A DNA stretch of 64,000 nt from Candidatus Hydrogenedens sp. (GCA_049968235.1 JBMFRC010000003.1:64001-128000); one strand, 5' to 3'. Positions 17,941-28,371 are shown, numbered from the stretch's first letter. A program made the numbers and translations. The notes: generated by a model from the sequence alone, not told the origin.

Positions 17941-19821
17941 ATGAGTCAAAATATCGAGGGCAATTTAAGTTCGCCAATGGGACAGGCTCTGGTAGACGAA
18001 GGTGTTATCACCGAGGAACAGTTAAGACGGGCTCTACGTATCCAGAGTTTACTGGAACAACCCAGACATCTTAGTGATGTTTTAATTGAATTAGGCTATG
18101 CTACCCGTCAGACAATTAATCAGGCGATTACAAAGCATGGGGGGAATCTTCGTTTAGGGGATTTGTTAATAGAACAAGGAATTATTACACCAGAGGTATT
18201 AAATTCCGCACTGGCTCTTCAAAAGGAACGCGGTATTCGACTTGGGGAGGCTCTTATTGAATTAGGGGCTATTAACGAACGCACATTACTTCGAAATTTG
18301 GCACATCAGATGAGTGTGCCTTTCATTGAACCGGAATTCCCTATGATTGACCCCCGTCTTTTGCAGGGCGTATCTCCGGCATATTTGCGAAAGTATAATT
18401 TTATCCCTTTCTCGAAGGAGGAAGATGGGAGTATTACCGTTGTAGTAAGCGATATTAACAATGACCAGGTTCGGCAGGCTATTCAAGATGTTTTTCAGGG
18501 ACAATTTAATGTGGCGTTAGGACCACAAGATGCTATTCAGGAGTCCATCCAGGCGTTTGAAGAATACCGACGACAGATAACACAGGCCCCTGGTACAGCA
18601 CATGCAGGAGAAGATAATATTATTCAATTGGTAGACCATCTTCTTATAACTGCCATTGAACGCCGTGCTAGTGATATTCATATTGAACCTATGGCGGACA
18701 AAATTAGAATACGCTATCGAATTGACGGCGTATTGGTATATCATACCGACCTACCCCTGACAATGCTACCGCGTCTTATATCCCGTATCAAAATTATGGC
18801 AGGCTGTAATATCACAGAACATCAACGACATCAAGGGGAACGTATTCTTTTTCCATATAAGGGGAAAGATATTGATTTGCGATTATCCATTTATGTTACG
18901 GTATATGGCGAATCCGCAGTTATGCGTGTTTTGAACAGAGATTTGGCTTTGGTAACTCTGGATGAATTGGGGATGAACCGTAGCATGTTGGAGCGTTATC
19001 GCTATGATGTTCTGGACTTGCCCACAGGGGTAGTGCTGATTACCGGACCTACCGGTTCAGGAAAAACGACAACATTATATGCCAGTATTGCCTATTCAAA
19101 TGATGTATCACGAAAAATTATCACTGCGGAAGACCCTGTTGAATTCACTATTGATGGAGTTGTGCAATGTTCCGTTAACGACAAGGTCAATCGCACTTTC
19201 GACTCTACCCTGCGTGAAATTGTGCGTCAGGACCCGGATATAATTGTTATCGGAGAAATCCGGGACCGTGAAACAGCCCAGGTAGCCATTCAGGCTGCAT
19301 TAACCGGGCATAAAGTATATTCGACATTCCATACAGAAGACACCATCGGTGGACTTCTACGTTTGATTGATATGGATATAGAAACTTTCCTCATTTCCTC
19401 AACTGTTATCTCGGTACTGGCTCAACGATTACTCCGTCGCATCTGTCCCAAATGCATTGTCCCTTATATCCCTACTGCAAGAGAGGCACAATCATTGGGA
19501 TTAGACTATGCCGAGGTGCGAGAATATGAATATAAGCGAGGAAAGGGCTGTCAGTATTGTTCATACACGGGTTACCGGGGAAGAGTAGGGGCTTATGAAT
19601 TGCTGGTCCTTAATGAAGATGTGAAGGAAGCAATTCTTCAGAAAAAGACCGCTCACGAAATACGACGAATTAGCGTAGATTCCACAGGACTTATTAGTAT
19701 GCGAGAAGATGCCATTTCAAAAGTCATTCGTGGCACTACTACATACGAAGAAGTCGTTAAACATACACCGCGAACCTTTAATCTGCGTTCCATACGGCAA
19801 ATTATGACTTTATGTTCATAA
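17941..19821 (+). CDS. GspE/PilB family secretion/pilus assembly ATPase with N-terminal tandem MshEN-type (c-di-GMP-binding-like) motifs
   Basis: Walker A GPTGSGKTT; tetra-Cys CPKC...CQYC; N-terminal repeats RLGDLLIEQGIITPEVLNSALALQ and RLGEALIELGAINERTLLRNLAHQ. Confidence 0.85.
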   Translation: MSQNIEGNLSSPMGQALVDEGVITEEQLRRALRIQSLLEQPRHLSDVLIELGYATRQTINQAITKHGGNLRLGDLLIEQGIITPEVLNSALALQKERGIRLGEALIELGAINERTLLRNLAHQMSVPFIEPEFPMIDPRLLQGVSPAYLRKYNFIPFSKEEDGSITVVVSDINNDQVRQAIQDVFQGQFNVALGPQDAIQESIQAFEEYRRQITQAPGTAHAGEDNIIQLVDHLLITAIERRASDIHIEPMADKIRIRYRIDGVLVYHTDLPLTMLPRLISRIKIMAGCNITEHQRHQGERILFPYKGKDIDLRLSIYVTVYGESAVMRVLNRDLALVTLDELGMNRSMLERYRYDVLDLPTGVVLITGPTGSGKTTTLYASIAYSNDVSRKIITAEDPVEFTIDGVVQCSVNDKVNRTFDSTLREIVRQDPDIIVIGEIRDRETAQVAIQAALTGHKVYSTFHTEDTIGGLLRLIDMDIETFLISSTVISVLAQRLLRRICPKCIVPYIPTAREAQSLGLDYAEVREYEYKRGKGCQYCSYTGYRGRVGAYELLVLNEDVKEAILQKKTAHEIRRISVDSTGLISMREDAISKVIRGTTTYEEVVKHTPRTFNLRSIRQIMTLCS

Positions 19822-19843
19822 TCAGTAAAAAAGGGCTTAATTT

Positions 19844-20872
19844 ATGAATCTTACATGTCCATTTTGTCAGGCAGTTATATCTCCTCCCCAAAAAATGCGA
19901 AAGTGGTTTTTGTGGATTTGCAAAGAATGTAATAATCCTTTATGGATACAGGCACAAGGAACGAAAAACCTTGTTCAACCGTTTAGCAATTACACCGATG
20001 TTCGGTCGGTGCTACAACCCAACTCCATTGGAGCAAAAATTTTTGAACATCTGCCCGGGTATATCGAAAAGATACCTGTCATTCCTCGTATCGGACAGCG
20101 ATTGCTAAATACTATTCAAAAACCGGATGTCTCTTTTTCAGAATTGGTTTCCATTGTCCAGGAAGACCCTTCTTTATCCATGTCCATATTAAAAATGGCA
20201 AATAGTGCTTATTATGCAGGTTTGCAGGAAGTTAAAGATTTATTAACTGCCTGCTCACGCCTGGGCTTACAAACTTTAACGAACTTGGCACAGGTTTATG
20301 CAAGCCAGAAAGTATTTCAATCTTCAGACCCAAAATTAAATGCAGAGTTTCAGAAATTATGGAAACATTCCATTGCAACCGCTCATGCTTCGTATGAACT
20401 GGCGATTATTGTTGCAGAACCCCATCCGGAAGTTATGTTTCTCGCAGGTTTGCTTCATGATGTAGGGCATATTGTTCTACTTCAAATATTAAATGAGGTA
20501 AAATCATCTGCTTTTTCACAACTTATCGCCAGTCCTCAATTAACACAAGAGGTATTGATGCAATTTCATCCATTGGTGAGCCTTTTCGTCTTACAAAAAT
20601 GGGATATACCCGATGAATTTGCCGTTTTATCTTTTTCCCATCACGACCCATCACTTACACCTATGGAAGATTTACGAACACAAACACACATTCTCTGTCT
20701 ATCCAATTTAATTGTTTCAAGAGAAGGTTATAATTTCTTCCCCTTGACCGAAAATATTGTTTTCCTACAACATCCTTCCACACAATATTTAAATCTGAAT
20801 GATTTGAAAATTGCGACATTACGTGTGGACCTTGCAGACAAACTGGATGCTTATTTCTCCTCTATCGGGTAG
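19844..20872 (+). CDS. HDOD domain signalling protein with N-terminal zinc ribbon
   Basis: N-terminal CPFC...CKEC; HDOD signature GLLHDVGHIVLL; 22 nt after the GspE gene. Confidence 0.7.
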   Translation: MNLTCPFCQAVISPPQKMRKWFLWICKECNNPLWIQAQGTKNLVQPFSNYTDVRSVLQPNSIGAKIFEHLPGYIEKIPVIPRIGQRLLNTIQKPDVSFSELVSIVQEDPSLSMSILKMANSAYYAGLQEVKDLLTACSRLGLQTLTNLAQVYASQKVFQSSDPKLNAEFQKLWKHSIATAHASYELAIIVAEPHPEVMFLAGLLHDVGHIVLLQILNEVKSSAFSQLIASPQLTQEVLMQFHPLVSLFVLQKWDIPDEFAVLSFSHHDPSLTPMEDLRTQTHILCLSNLIVSREGYNFFPLTENIVFLQHPSTQYLNLNDLKIATLRVDLADKLDAYFSSIG

Positions 20873-20923
20873 CTGAACCTAAATACCGTCAAACGGGTCA
20901 GACTTATCGGATTTGTCGGACCT

Positions 20924-22345
20924 TCAAAACACATGGATCCTTGGCTTTACCCGAATATGTGGAATTACCCTTTCATGTGTATCCATATACCACGCTAACA
21001 GTGCACATCGGTCTGCATCAATAATATGGTCATTCCCTTTCGAATACACATATTGCCCTTGAGCATTTAATACATAGGTGTGATTTGCATATTGTTGCTC
21101 CCGCTCTGCGCTTTTCGGAAATATAATTGTATGCTCCGCTAAACGCCGTTGTAGCAATTCCGTCATCCATTCTTTGGTTCGCCGTTTCTGAAGCACCCCA
21201 TTTGATAACTGCCCCGTTTCTATCATTCCTCCAAATTCGAACGCACAAACTCGATGTTCCCAATCCTTACCTGATGCCATTAATTGATGTGCCACCGCTC
21301 TACCACTATTCCCACAGTCAATCCCTATCTTACAAAAATGATAATGATTATCCAACTCTTGTATCGTCATCTGTTGCTGAACATAGTTTACATTCTCCAG
21401 ATGCATACGCAGTACACAAATCAAATACGGTGGTTCATTTTTAAAAACGATGAATTCAGAAGGGTCTCGCGAAAAGCCTAAATCACAGCCTAAATAATAC
21501 ATCCCCTTTTTTACAGGTTCCGGCAATTCCCATTTTATCTCTGACCCTTTAAGTCGAATCTCATTTGCCGGCAAACTATCATCAACGCAAAGGAGATAAT
21601 CGTCCAGATTAAACACCGCATTCATCGGTTCTCCATGCAATCCCAATACCCGATGTACATATCCTGGACTATCTCTCCCTCCGTACAACAAAGCCAGTTC
21701 AGCATCTTTCTCAGGGATAAAATCCGGATTAAGATAACTGGGCCAGTGATATTGTTCCGCCTCCGGTAAAAAAGTCATACGGTAAAATGTATTCCGAAGC
21801 CCATTCGGTACACCATAAACCCATCGTTTACCCCCACCTTTCAGGGATTGATACAATTCCCCCCAACTTGTTTCTGTCATTTCCTGTGCCTCATCTACAA
21901 TCTGCCAGTCCACATGCATCCCCTGAAAATTTATTCCACGCGGTCCTGCAATCCGACCCCATAGAGTAAATCCATTCACAAATCGTATGAAGTAGGAAGG
22001 GGAACGACGCAATTCTGCAATACCTCCTGCGAATTCCGTCGTTGTTTCAAAACGACGCACCAGTCGATTCATTACCGGGAACAAATGATTTTCACATTGT
22101 GTAGCAATTAACATGGATTTTCCCGGACAATTAACCATAGCCCAGCAGGCTATAATTTCTATTTCCGTCGTTTTCCCTACATCTCTTCCATCACAATGCA
22201 CCTTGCGTAATGCCTGTGATTCCAGAGAATTGCGTTGATAATTGCGAACTCGCCAATGCGTACCATCAACATTATGAAAGAAACGATATGCAAACAATTC
22301 CCGCCGTTGAAGTAACTGAATTAAAGTCTGTTTCAGAACGGACAC
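20924..22345 (-). CDS. phage terminase large subunit-like protein (ATPase + RNaseH-like nuclease)
   Basis: Walker A-like GRDVGKT, Walker B VDWQIVDEAQ, C-terminal acidic nuclease motifs GIDCGNSG and HIIDADRCAL. Confidence 0.6.
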   Translation of the reverse strand: MSVLKQTLIQLLQRRELFAYRFFHNVDGTHWRVRNYQRNSLESQALRKVHCDGRDVGKTTEIEIIACWAMVNCPGKSMLIATQCENHLFPVMNRLVRRFETTTEFAGGIAELRRSPSYFIRFVNGFTLWGRIAGPRGINFQGMHVDWQIVDEAQEMTETSWGELYQSLKGGGKRWVYGVPNGLRNTFYRMTFLPEAEQYHWPSYLNPDFIPEKDAELALLYGGRDSPGYVHRVLGLHGEPMNAVFNLDDYLLCVDDSLPANEIRLKGSEIKWELPEPVKKGMYYLGCDLGFSRDPSEFIVFKNEPPYLICVLRMHLENVNYVQQQMTIQELDNHYHFCKIGIDCGNSGRAVAHQLMASGKDWEHRVCAFEFGGMIETGQLSNGVLQKRRTKEWMTELLQRRLAEHTIIFPKSAEREQQYANHTYVLNAQGQYVYSKGNDHIIDADRCALLAWYMDTHERVIPHIRVKPRIHVF

Positions 22346-22392
22346 ACTACACTCCCCTGAATAAATAAAAATCAGAAATTAAAAAGACGCGA

Positions 22393-22896
22393 TTATTTTC
22401 CCGGTGGATACCACACCTTCACCTTTTTAGTTTGTCTTCCCCAACGCATTGCTTCTTTGTGTTTCTTAAAAAACAGGTCTATACTATTCCCTTTTACAGA
22501 ACCACCACGGTCTTCCACTCTGCCATAACCATAGCCCGGAATATACATAACCGTCCCAAAAGGGAAGCGACTTATATCGGCTGAAATGGTTCCCTTCTTT
22601 GCTTTAACACCACTGGCAGTCACACCTACTTTCTTGGGTTTCCCTTTATTAGGACCATGGGCAACTACCGGACGGAAATACCAATTCCTTTTCCAATTAC
22701 AGCATTTACCACATGGACAATACCCACGCGTTTCTAAAGTTAATATCTCGGAACGAGAACCCGCCTGAGGCTTAAATCGAGATGAAGTTGTAGCACAGCC
22801 CGCAGAAAAAAACAAGAATACTGTTAGCGTTAGTATCAAATATCGTCGAAGCATCTTTTCAATGTTCCTTATCCATTGTTTATTTACTTTAATCAT
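22393..22896 (-). CDS. 3D domain-containing lipoprotein (MltA-like cell-wall binding/hydrolase domain)
   Basis: Lipobox LFFSAGC; 3D-domain pattern ADISRFPFGTVMYIPGYGYGRVEDRGGSVKGNSIDLFF. Confidence 0.65.
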   Translation of the reverse strand: MIKVNKQWIRNIEKMLRRYLILTLTVFLFFSAGCATTSSRFKPQAGSRSEILTLETRGYCPCGKCCNWKRNWYFRPVVAHGPNKGKPKKVGVTASGVKAKKGTISADISRFPFGTVMYIPGYGYGRVEDRGGSVKGNSIDLFFKKHKEAMRWGRQTKKVKVWYPPGK

Positions 22897-22929
22897 ATCC
22901 TTTACTATTCTATCAAATTTGTTGAATGA

Positions 22930-23433
22930 TTAATTATCTTGATTCACAAGAATTTCTTCTTTACTTCCCACGACTAAATTCTTTTGCATCGTTCCATTGC
23001 CTTTCTCCAATTCGTGCATACAACACACCAAATCCTGAACAAGTTCCGCAATACTCATAGAAGATGTTTTTGCTTCCACTGGCTTGATATTTTCAAATTC
23101 CTGCACCAACTTGCGTTGCCGTTCCATATATTTACATAAAATCTCATAATATTGTAAAGAATGGTTTGTCTTTTCTGTTTTTTTGGAAGATTCTATACAC
23201 ACATCTTCCTTTTTAGACATCAGTGGAGATAATAGGAATTCCTGTTCCAGCCTCTGGATAAAAAAAGTGAGTATAAGCAATTCTCGCAAACGCACTTGTA
23301 GCCAAGGTGATATTTCAATTCCATTATTCTGAAACCACACTTGCAGTGCTCTATATTTTTCTCGCCATTGCCGTTTTTCATATGGCGTTAGCCATGCTTC
23401 ACCTTTTTCAATAGAATAAAATATCGAGTCCAT
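22930..23433 (-). CDS. hypothetical protein (position upstream of terminase large subunit; small-terminase-like by position only)
   Basis: Co-oriented with the 3D-domain and terminase genes; no recognisable motif. Confidence 0.35.
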   Translation of the reverse strand: MDSIFYSIEKGEAWLTPYEKRQWREKYRALQVWFQNNGIEISPWLQVRLRELLILTFFIQRLEQEFLLSPLMSKKEDVCIESSKKTEKTNHSLQYYEILCKYMERQRKLVQEFENIKPVEAKTSSMSIAELVQDLVCCMHELEKGNGTMQKNLVVGSKEEILVNQDN

Positions 23434-23792
23434 AAAAATCTCCTATTATCTTTTATTGATATCTCTAAAAATATAGGAAAAAATTTTGCCCTGAAAAGCA
23501 GATAAACCTTTGACATATTTGAAGGAACACTTCCTTGCGATAAGTTATATATGATTTGCAGAAAAAGAATATAAGTCCAACACAATGATATTGAAATTCT
23601 ATTTATTTAGCATGCCAGCGGGATTATGAAACACGATATTTTAACATATATTAATATTATAATGTAATGTAATTGTATGCATACAAATATCACTCATTTA
23701 TAAAAAATAAATATCATATAATAAAGATAGAATAATTTGAATAACTTTACTTTTAATATGTATTTATTATTTAAATAATTATTAAAATTTAC

Positions 23793-23821
23793 TTGACAAA
23801 TAAAAATATATTTATTATAAT
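23793..23821 (+). promoter_or_regulatory. consensus sigma70 promoter TTGACA-17 bp-TATAAT with AT-rich UP-like region upstream
   Basis: TTGACA at 23793-23798, 17-nt spacer, TATAAT at 23816-23821; about 100-nt leader before the pilin-like gene (SD AGGAG). Confidence 0.6.
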
Positions 23822-23929
23822 TATCCCGTAACTACAATTTAATATTTTCGTTATATTCATGTGCCCTGCATGAATAAGGATTAAATCAATCAAAGGGTTT
23901 TCAGGGCAAACCCAAGAAGGAGTTCTAAT

Positions 23930-24940
23930 ATGAGTAAAAAAGGATTCACACTCATCGAATTGCTGGTAGTCATAGCGATTATTGGCATTCTTGCGGCAAT
24001 TCTGTTGCCGGCACTTGCTCGTGCGAGGGAAGCAGCGCGTAGAAGTAGTTGTCAGAACAACCTTAAACAATGGGGACTGGTCTTCAAGATGTATTCCAAT
24101 GAATCGAAAGGAGAACGGTTCCCGCCGATATGTCTTACAGCAGACCAACGAATGAATTGTAATGTCTATCCGTTTACACTGGAAGGTTCCTATGGAATTA
24201 TTGCAGCTGGACCCAATCCGAAAGTCCTTTATCCGGAATATTTAACCGATTTAAATATTATATTCTGTCCTTCGGATTCGGCAGAGAAACCCGGACTTCA
24301 ATTTAATCCTGCAGCACAAGCGGCAGGTGTTGAACTGACAGATGTAAATATCCCGTGTAATGATGCAGTTCGTGGTATGTCTATAATAGATTCCAGTTAT
24401 AACTATGTGGGTTATGTTCTTGACCTCTGTAATGCGGATGGCACAGACCCGTTGACAGATATATCAGGATTGGCAACACTGGTAGGTGCTACAGGAGTTA
24501 CAGGAATGGGACCTGCGCAGTTGGTTGCAGCAATGCTGGTTGTATTACAGGCATACATTAACAACCCTGTAACTGGCGCCCAAAGGGCAGACGAGGACCT
24601 GGATGTAAGTTCATATGCAAATTTAGGAACACCTCCCGGACCTGTAGGTAATGGCAGACAAAATACGATATATCGGCTTCGTGAAGGTATTGAACGTTTC
24701 TTAATTACTGATATTAACAATCCTGCTGCTTCTGCCAAAGCCCAGAGTGAGACATGGATTATGGCGGATACAATCGCAACAGAAGTTGGACATTACAACC
24801 ATATTCCGGGTGGTTCAAATGTCCTCTACATGGATGGTCATGTTGAATTTATGCGTTATCAGGAAACAGGGGAACAGCCGGTTAATGGCGCGGTTGCTCG
24901 TGTCGTAGGACTGATACTAAATTCAGAGAATTTAATATAG
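23930..24940 (+). CDS. DUF1559 / H-X9-DG family prepilin-type N-terminal cleavage/methylation domain protein (type II pseudopilin-like)
   Basis: N-terminus [47 protein letters not shown]; C-terminal [17 protein letters not shown]. Confidence 0.85.
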   Translation: MSKKGFTLIELLVVIAIIGILAAILLPALARAREAARRSSCQNNLKQWGLVFKMYSNESKGERFPPICLTADQRMNCNVYPFTLEGSYGIIAAGPNPKVLYPEYLTDLNIIFCPSDSAEKPGLQFNPAAQAAGVELTDVNIPCNDAVRGMSIIDSSYNYVGYVLDLCNADGTDPLTDISGLATLVGATGVTGMGPAQLVAAMLVVLQAYINNPVTGAQRADEDLDVSSYANLGTPPGPVGNGRQNTIYRLREGIERFLITDINNPAASAKAQSETWIMADTIATEVGHYNHIPGGSNVLYMDGHVEFMRYQETGEQPVNGAVARVVGLILNSENLI

Positions 24941-24980
24941 TACTCCCTTCCTTTCGCTTCTGTTCAAAACCCTCGCAAAT

Positions 24981-25015
24981 CCCCGATTACTACGGTAATC
25001 GGGGATATTTATTTA
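24981..25015. terminator. bidirectional rho-independent terminator between convergent genes
   Basis: Hairpin CCCCGATTAC-TACG-GTAATCGGGG followed by ATATTTATTTAT; T/A-rich on both sides. Confidence 0.6.
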
Positions 25016-25063
25016 TAGAACAAATAAATTAAAGGGGACTTTTTATTCAGAATATTCTCTGAC

Positions 25064-26959
25064 TTAACTTGCGAGTTGTTTTATTTTTTCGAGGATATGT
25101 TCAGGGTCCAATCCTTGATAGGTAATATGTTCGGACAGTCCGCCTTTTCCGGGCTTGCTAACGCCCATGTAATCGAATTTAGGCATAAACCTTCTTTGAA
25201 GTAGCCAGGTACCAAAACGAATGCCTAAACCTGTTTTAATATTTTGTGCCTCAACCACCAAAACGAATGGGGATTGTCCTAAAGTATTCATTATTTCTTC
25301 ATCTACGACATTAAGTGTCGGTTTATTGATAAGGCCTACATCTAATCCCTGTTCTCGTGCTTGTTCCACAGCATCCAGTGCACGGTGTAGCATTTCTCCG
25401 TAAGACACTACATATCCCGCAGAGCCTTTTCGGATAATTTCATCTTTTCCAGGAACGAACTGATAATTACCCTCATAGAACTTTGTCCCATCTTCTTTGC
25501 ATATGTATGGAACTTTACTGCGGGTAGTAAAAATAAACCGAATACCTTCATCTTTCCAGATACGATGAACCACTGCTTTAAGTTGTAATGCATCTGCTGG
25601 GAAATAAAGCCTTGTATTATCACCTTCCGGAAGTCCATTATCCGCAAAGAAAATGTTAATTCCATAGTGGCATGTATTGTCTGCAATATCATCAACACCT
25701 GCATGGGAAAAATGACAGATTGCATTGGCTTTATTTAACCGTGCCATCGTTAATTCAGAAAGAATCATCTCTAAAAATGCAGAAAAGGTGCTGAAGATTC
25801 CCTGTCTACCTTTTTCAAAACCGAAGCCTGCTGAAGCGGAGAAATTACCGCGTTCCTGAACACCTCCATTTATAAATACATCCGGATGTGCCACACGAAT
25901 GGCTTTTAACCCTGTAGAACCTTCAAGGTCAGAATCAATAACTAATATTTTTCGTTCACTCTTTTCTTCCGGATGTGCCGTTAAATAATCCTTAACAATA
26001 TTTCCAAATTCCGTGCGATTACTACCTTGTTCTTTCGAACAACCCCGATATGTTCTGCTCCCGGATATTTTTTCCACTTTATTTAATGCTTCAATAACTT
26101 CAGGCATCCCTCGTTTTTCAAAGTAAGCAATGGCATTATCTTTTCCAATAACATCATGTCCCGAATGATTCCCTTCTATTCCGGGGACACCCGGTGCCAT
26201 TACCCGCTTATTAATCAGAGCAACAGGACCTTCTGTACGAACTGCATTAATCATGCGTTTTGTTAGACTTTCTAAATTCTCGCCTTTGCCCACATCCACA
26301 TTCAATCCGTGTCCGGAAAGTGTTTTGCCAATATCATATCCGGGTAGATATTGGGACGGATGACCTGAAATCGTTACATTGTTGTCATCAATACATAATT
26401 TAACATTTATCTTCTGAGCGACCGCAAGTCGTGCTGACTCTGCGTCATCTCCCTCCTGCTGAGAACCATCAGAGCCCAACATAAATACAACCTTATCCGG
26501 ATTCGCTAATGCCACGCCATTAACAAATGACCATAAATGTCCTAACCGACCGGAAGCAAACTTTATTCCCAATTCATGTTCAATTTCAGGATGTCCATAT
26601 AATCCATAATTTGCCTCGCGATAATGTAATAAATAATCAAAGGGAATAATTCCATTGAAAGCAGACATGGCATACTGAATAGCTACACGATGACCCGCTT
26701 CATCAAAATATACGGGATATACTTTTTCCGAACCCTTTATAAAACTGTCCAGAACCAATACTTCAGGAACGATACTATACGCTCCACCCGTATGTCCACC
26801 TAACCCACGTATTCCTGCAACAGCGGTATAAAAAATGATAGTATCACGAACAATTTGAATATTTGTTTTTAACTGTTCTAATTGTTCCTTAGTAAACTCC
26901 TGAGTGAATGGGTCAATAGCAACAGGTCTATACTTCTCTACATTAATTGGGAAACTCAT
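25064..26959 (-). CDS. transketolase family protein (divergent)
   Basis: TPP-binding GDG...EG...DDN..ISG (GSDGSQQEGDDAESARLAVAQKINVKLCIDDNNVTISG); Pyr-domain DSDLEGSTGL; HAGVDDIADNTCHYG; 631 aa. Confidence 0.6.
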   Translation of the reverse strand: MSFPINVEKYRPVAIDPFTQEFTKEQLEQLKTNIQIVRDTIIFYTAVAGIRGLGGHTGGAYSIVPEVLVLDSFIKGSEKVYPVYFDEAGHRVAIQYAMSAFNGIIPFDYLLHYREANYGLYGHPEIEHELGIKFASGRLGHLWSFVNGVALANPDKVVFMLGSDGSQQEGDDAESARLAVAQKINVKLCIDDNNVTISGHPSQYLPGYDIGKTLSGHGLNVDVGKGENLESLTKRMINAVRTEGPVALINKRVMAPGVPGIEGNHSGHDVIGKDNAIAYFEKRGMPEVIEALNKVEKISGSRTYRGCSKEQGSNRTEFGNIVKDYLTAHPEEKSERKILVIDSDLEGSTGLKAIRVAHPDVFINGGVQERGNFSASAGFGFEKGRQGIFSTFSAFLEMILSELTMARLNKANAICHFSHAGVDDIADNTCHYGINIFFADNGLPEGDNTRLYFPADALQLKAVVHRIWKDEGIRFIFTTRSKVPYICKEDGTKFYEGNYQFVPGKDEIIRKGSAGYVVSYGEMLHRALDAVEQAREQGLDVGLINKPTLNVVDEEIMNTLGQSPFVLVVEAQNIKTGLGIRFGTWLLQRRFMPKFDYMGVSKPGKGGLSEHITYQGLDPEHILEKIKQLAS

Positions 26960-27092
26960 GTATATATCTCCTTTGTTATTAAATTCAATTTTTAGAAATG
27001 TAATATATCAAAAATCGGAGAGAATTATCTATCTGGTGAACTTTCCCCATTGTACTTGTGCCGGATATTTGTTGTTATATGCATCATCAAGT

Positions 27093-27121
27093 TTGAATTA
27101 GTATTCGTTTTTTGGTAAAAT
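27093..27121 (+). promoter_or_regulatory. putative tRNA operon promoter TTGAAT-17-TGgTAAAAT (extended -10)
   Basis: -35 TTGAAT at 27093-27098, -10 TAAAAT at 27116-27121 preceded by TGG; 16 nt before tRNA-Gly. Confidence 0.5.
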
Positions 27122-27137
27122 CATTAGTGCAAAAAGT

Positions 27138-27213
<76 letters not shown>

Positions 27214-27223
27214 ATTTTTTTAT

Positions 27224-27299
27224 AGGGCCGTTAGCTTAGCTGGTAGAGCAGGGGACTCTTAATCCCAAGGTCGCAGGTTCGATTCCTGCACGGCCCACC
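27224..27299 (+). tRNA. tRNA-Lys (anticodon CTT)
   Basis: Near-identical backbone to E. coli tRNA-Lys as recalled (GGGTCGTTAGCTCAGTTGGTAGAGCAG...GGTCGCAGGTTCGAATCCTGC...CCACCA); anticodon loop CTCTTAA. Confidence 0.85.
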
Positions 27300-27636
27300 A
27301 GTTTGTGAAATCTACACGGTGAATATACCGTTCCCACCTTTTAGCATGTGTAGTAATACCTCCCTTATTTTTCAGTGTAATTATCTTAACAAAAGCAGAA
27401 AATTTTTGGGGAAATAGAAATATATAACATAGACAGGTATGTAGATATTACATTTTTGTTCGCTTTATTTGTAGATGAAAAATAAATAAATGTAAAATAA
27501 ACAGGGGTACAAATACCCCTCTGTAAATACAATGCAAACGAAACTGTTGCAACTTATCTCTTTACAAAAGGATAATATTAATATAGTTTAATGAACTACC
27601 TATTTTCACAAATAGCATAAAAAAGGAAATTGTTGC

Positions 27637-28371
27637 ATGTTCAAAGGGAAAATCTTTTTTTTGTTAGTTGCTGGCATTTTTTGTATCACTCTGTTTTCAT
27701 ATGCACAAAGTAGTCCTGATATGACGAATGTTCTACCTGTTCAGCAAAATCTTACATTATGGGACATGATAAAAGCAGGTGGGGTAATACTCTGGATAAT
27801 TGGAGGTTTGGGCTTTATTGGATTGGTATGGGCATTTTATCTTCTGTTGACATTAACTCCGCGGAGGGAACTTCCTTCAACCCTTATCCGTAGATTGTTC
27901 CATTTATTACAAGCCAATGATTACAAAGGGGTGTTGGAACTTTGTGAAGGGCGAGATGAACTTATTGCCAAGATGATATTTGCTGGAGTAAAACTGGTAG
28001 GTCATGACCGCTATGTTATTCAGGACGCTATGGAAAGTGAAGGGGAACGAGGAGCGAGTATTTTATGGCAACGCATATCTTATTTGAATAATATTGCGGT
28101 CTTAGCTCCATTATTAGGTCTTTTAGGAACTGTATGGGGTATGATGCAGGCTTTTGGGGCTATCGCATTTAATGATGCTCAGGTGAAAGGGCTTACAATG
28201 GCATACAGTGTTGCCACAGCAATGGTAACTACTGCAGGTGGATTGGTCGTTGCAATTCCTGCTATGGCAATTTATTTTTATCTGCGGGGTAGAGTAAACC
28301 GAATTATTGCAGAGGTAGAAGCCATTGCCAGTGAAATGGTAGAGCTTATTTTGAGAGGAACACGTCCATGA
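27637..28371 (+). CDS. MotA/TolQ/ExbB proton channel family protein
   Basis: Three TM helices; C-terminal TolQ/ExbB signature region VATAMVTTAGGLVVAIPAMAIYFYL; 4-nt overlap with the downstream ExbD gene. Confidence 0.8.
   Translation: MFKGKIFFLLVAGIFCITLFSYAQSSPDMTNVLPVQQNLTLWDMIKAGGVILWIIGGLGFIGLVWAFYLLLTLTPRRELPSTLIRRLFHLLQANDYKGVLELCEGRDELIAKMIFAGVKLVGHDRYVIQDAMESEGERGASILWQRISYLNNIAVLAPLLGLLGTVWGMMQAFGAIAFNDAQVKGLTMAYSVATAMVTTAGGLVVAIPAMAIYFYLRGRVNRIIAEVEAIASEMVELILRGTRP

Noticed and set aside
24412-24738. 108-aa minus-strand ORF
   Set aside because: Lies antisense within the well-supported DUF1559 gene. Other antisense ORFs rejected on the same grounds: 937..1125, 5087..5332, 21127..21444, 31594..31962, 36012..36697, 39594..39999, 51306..51539, 63438..63749.
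27499-27525. Imperfect hairpin CAGGGGTA-CAAA-TACCCCTCTG after the tRNA genes
   Set aside because: Imperfect stem and no downstream T-run; insufficient for a terminator call.
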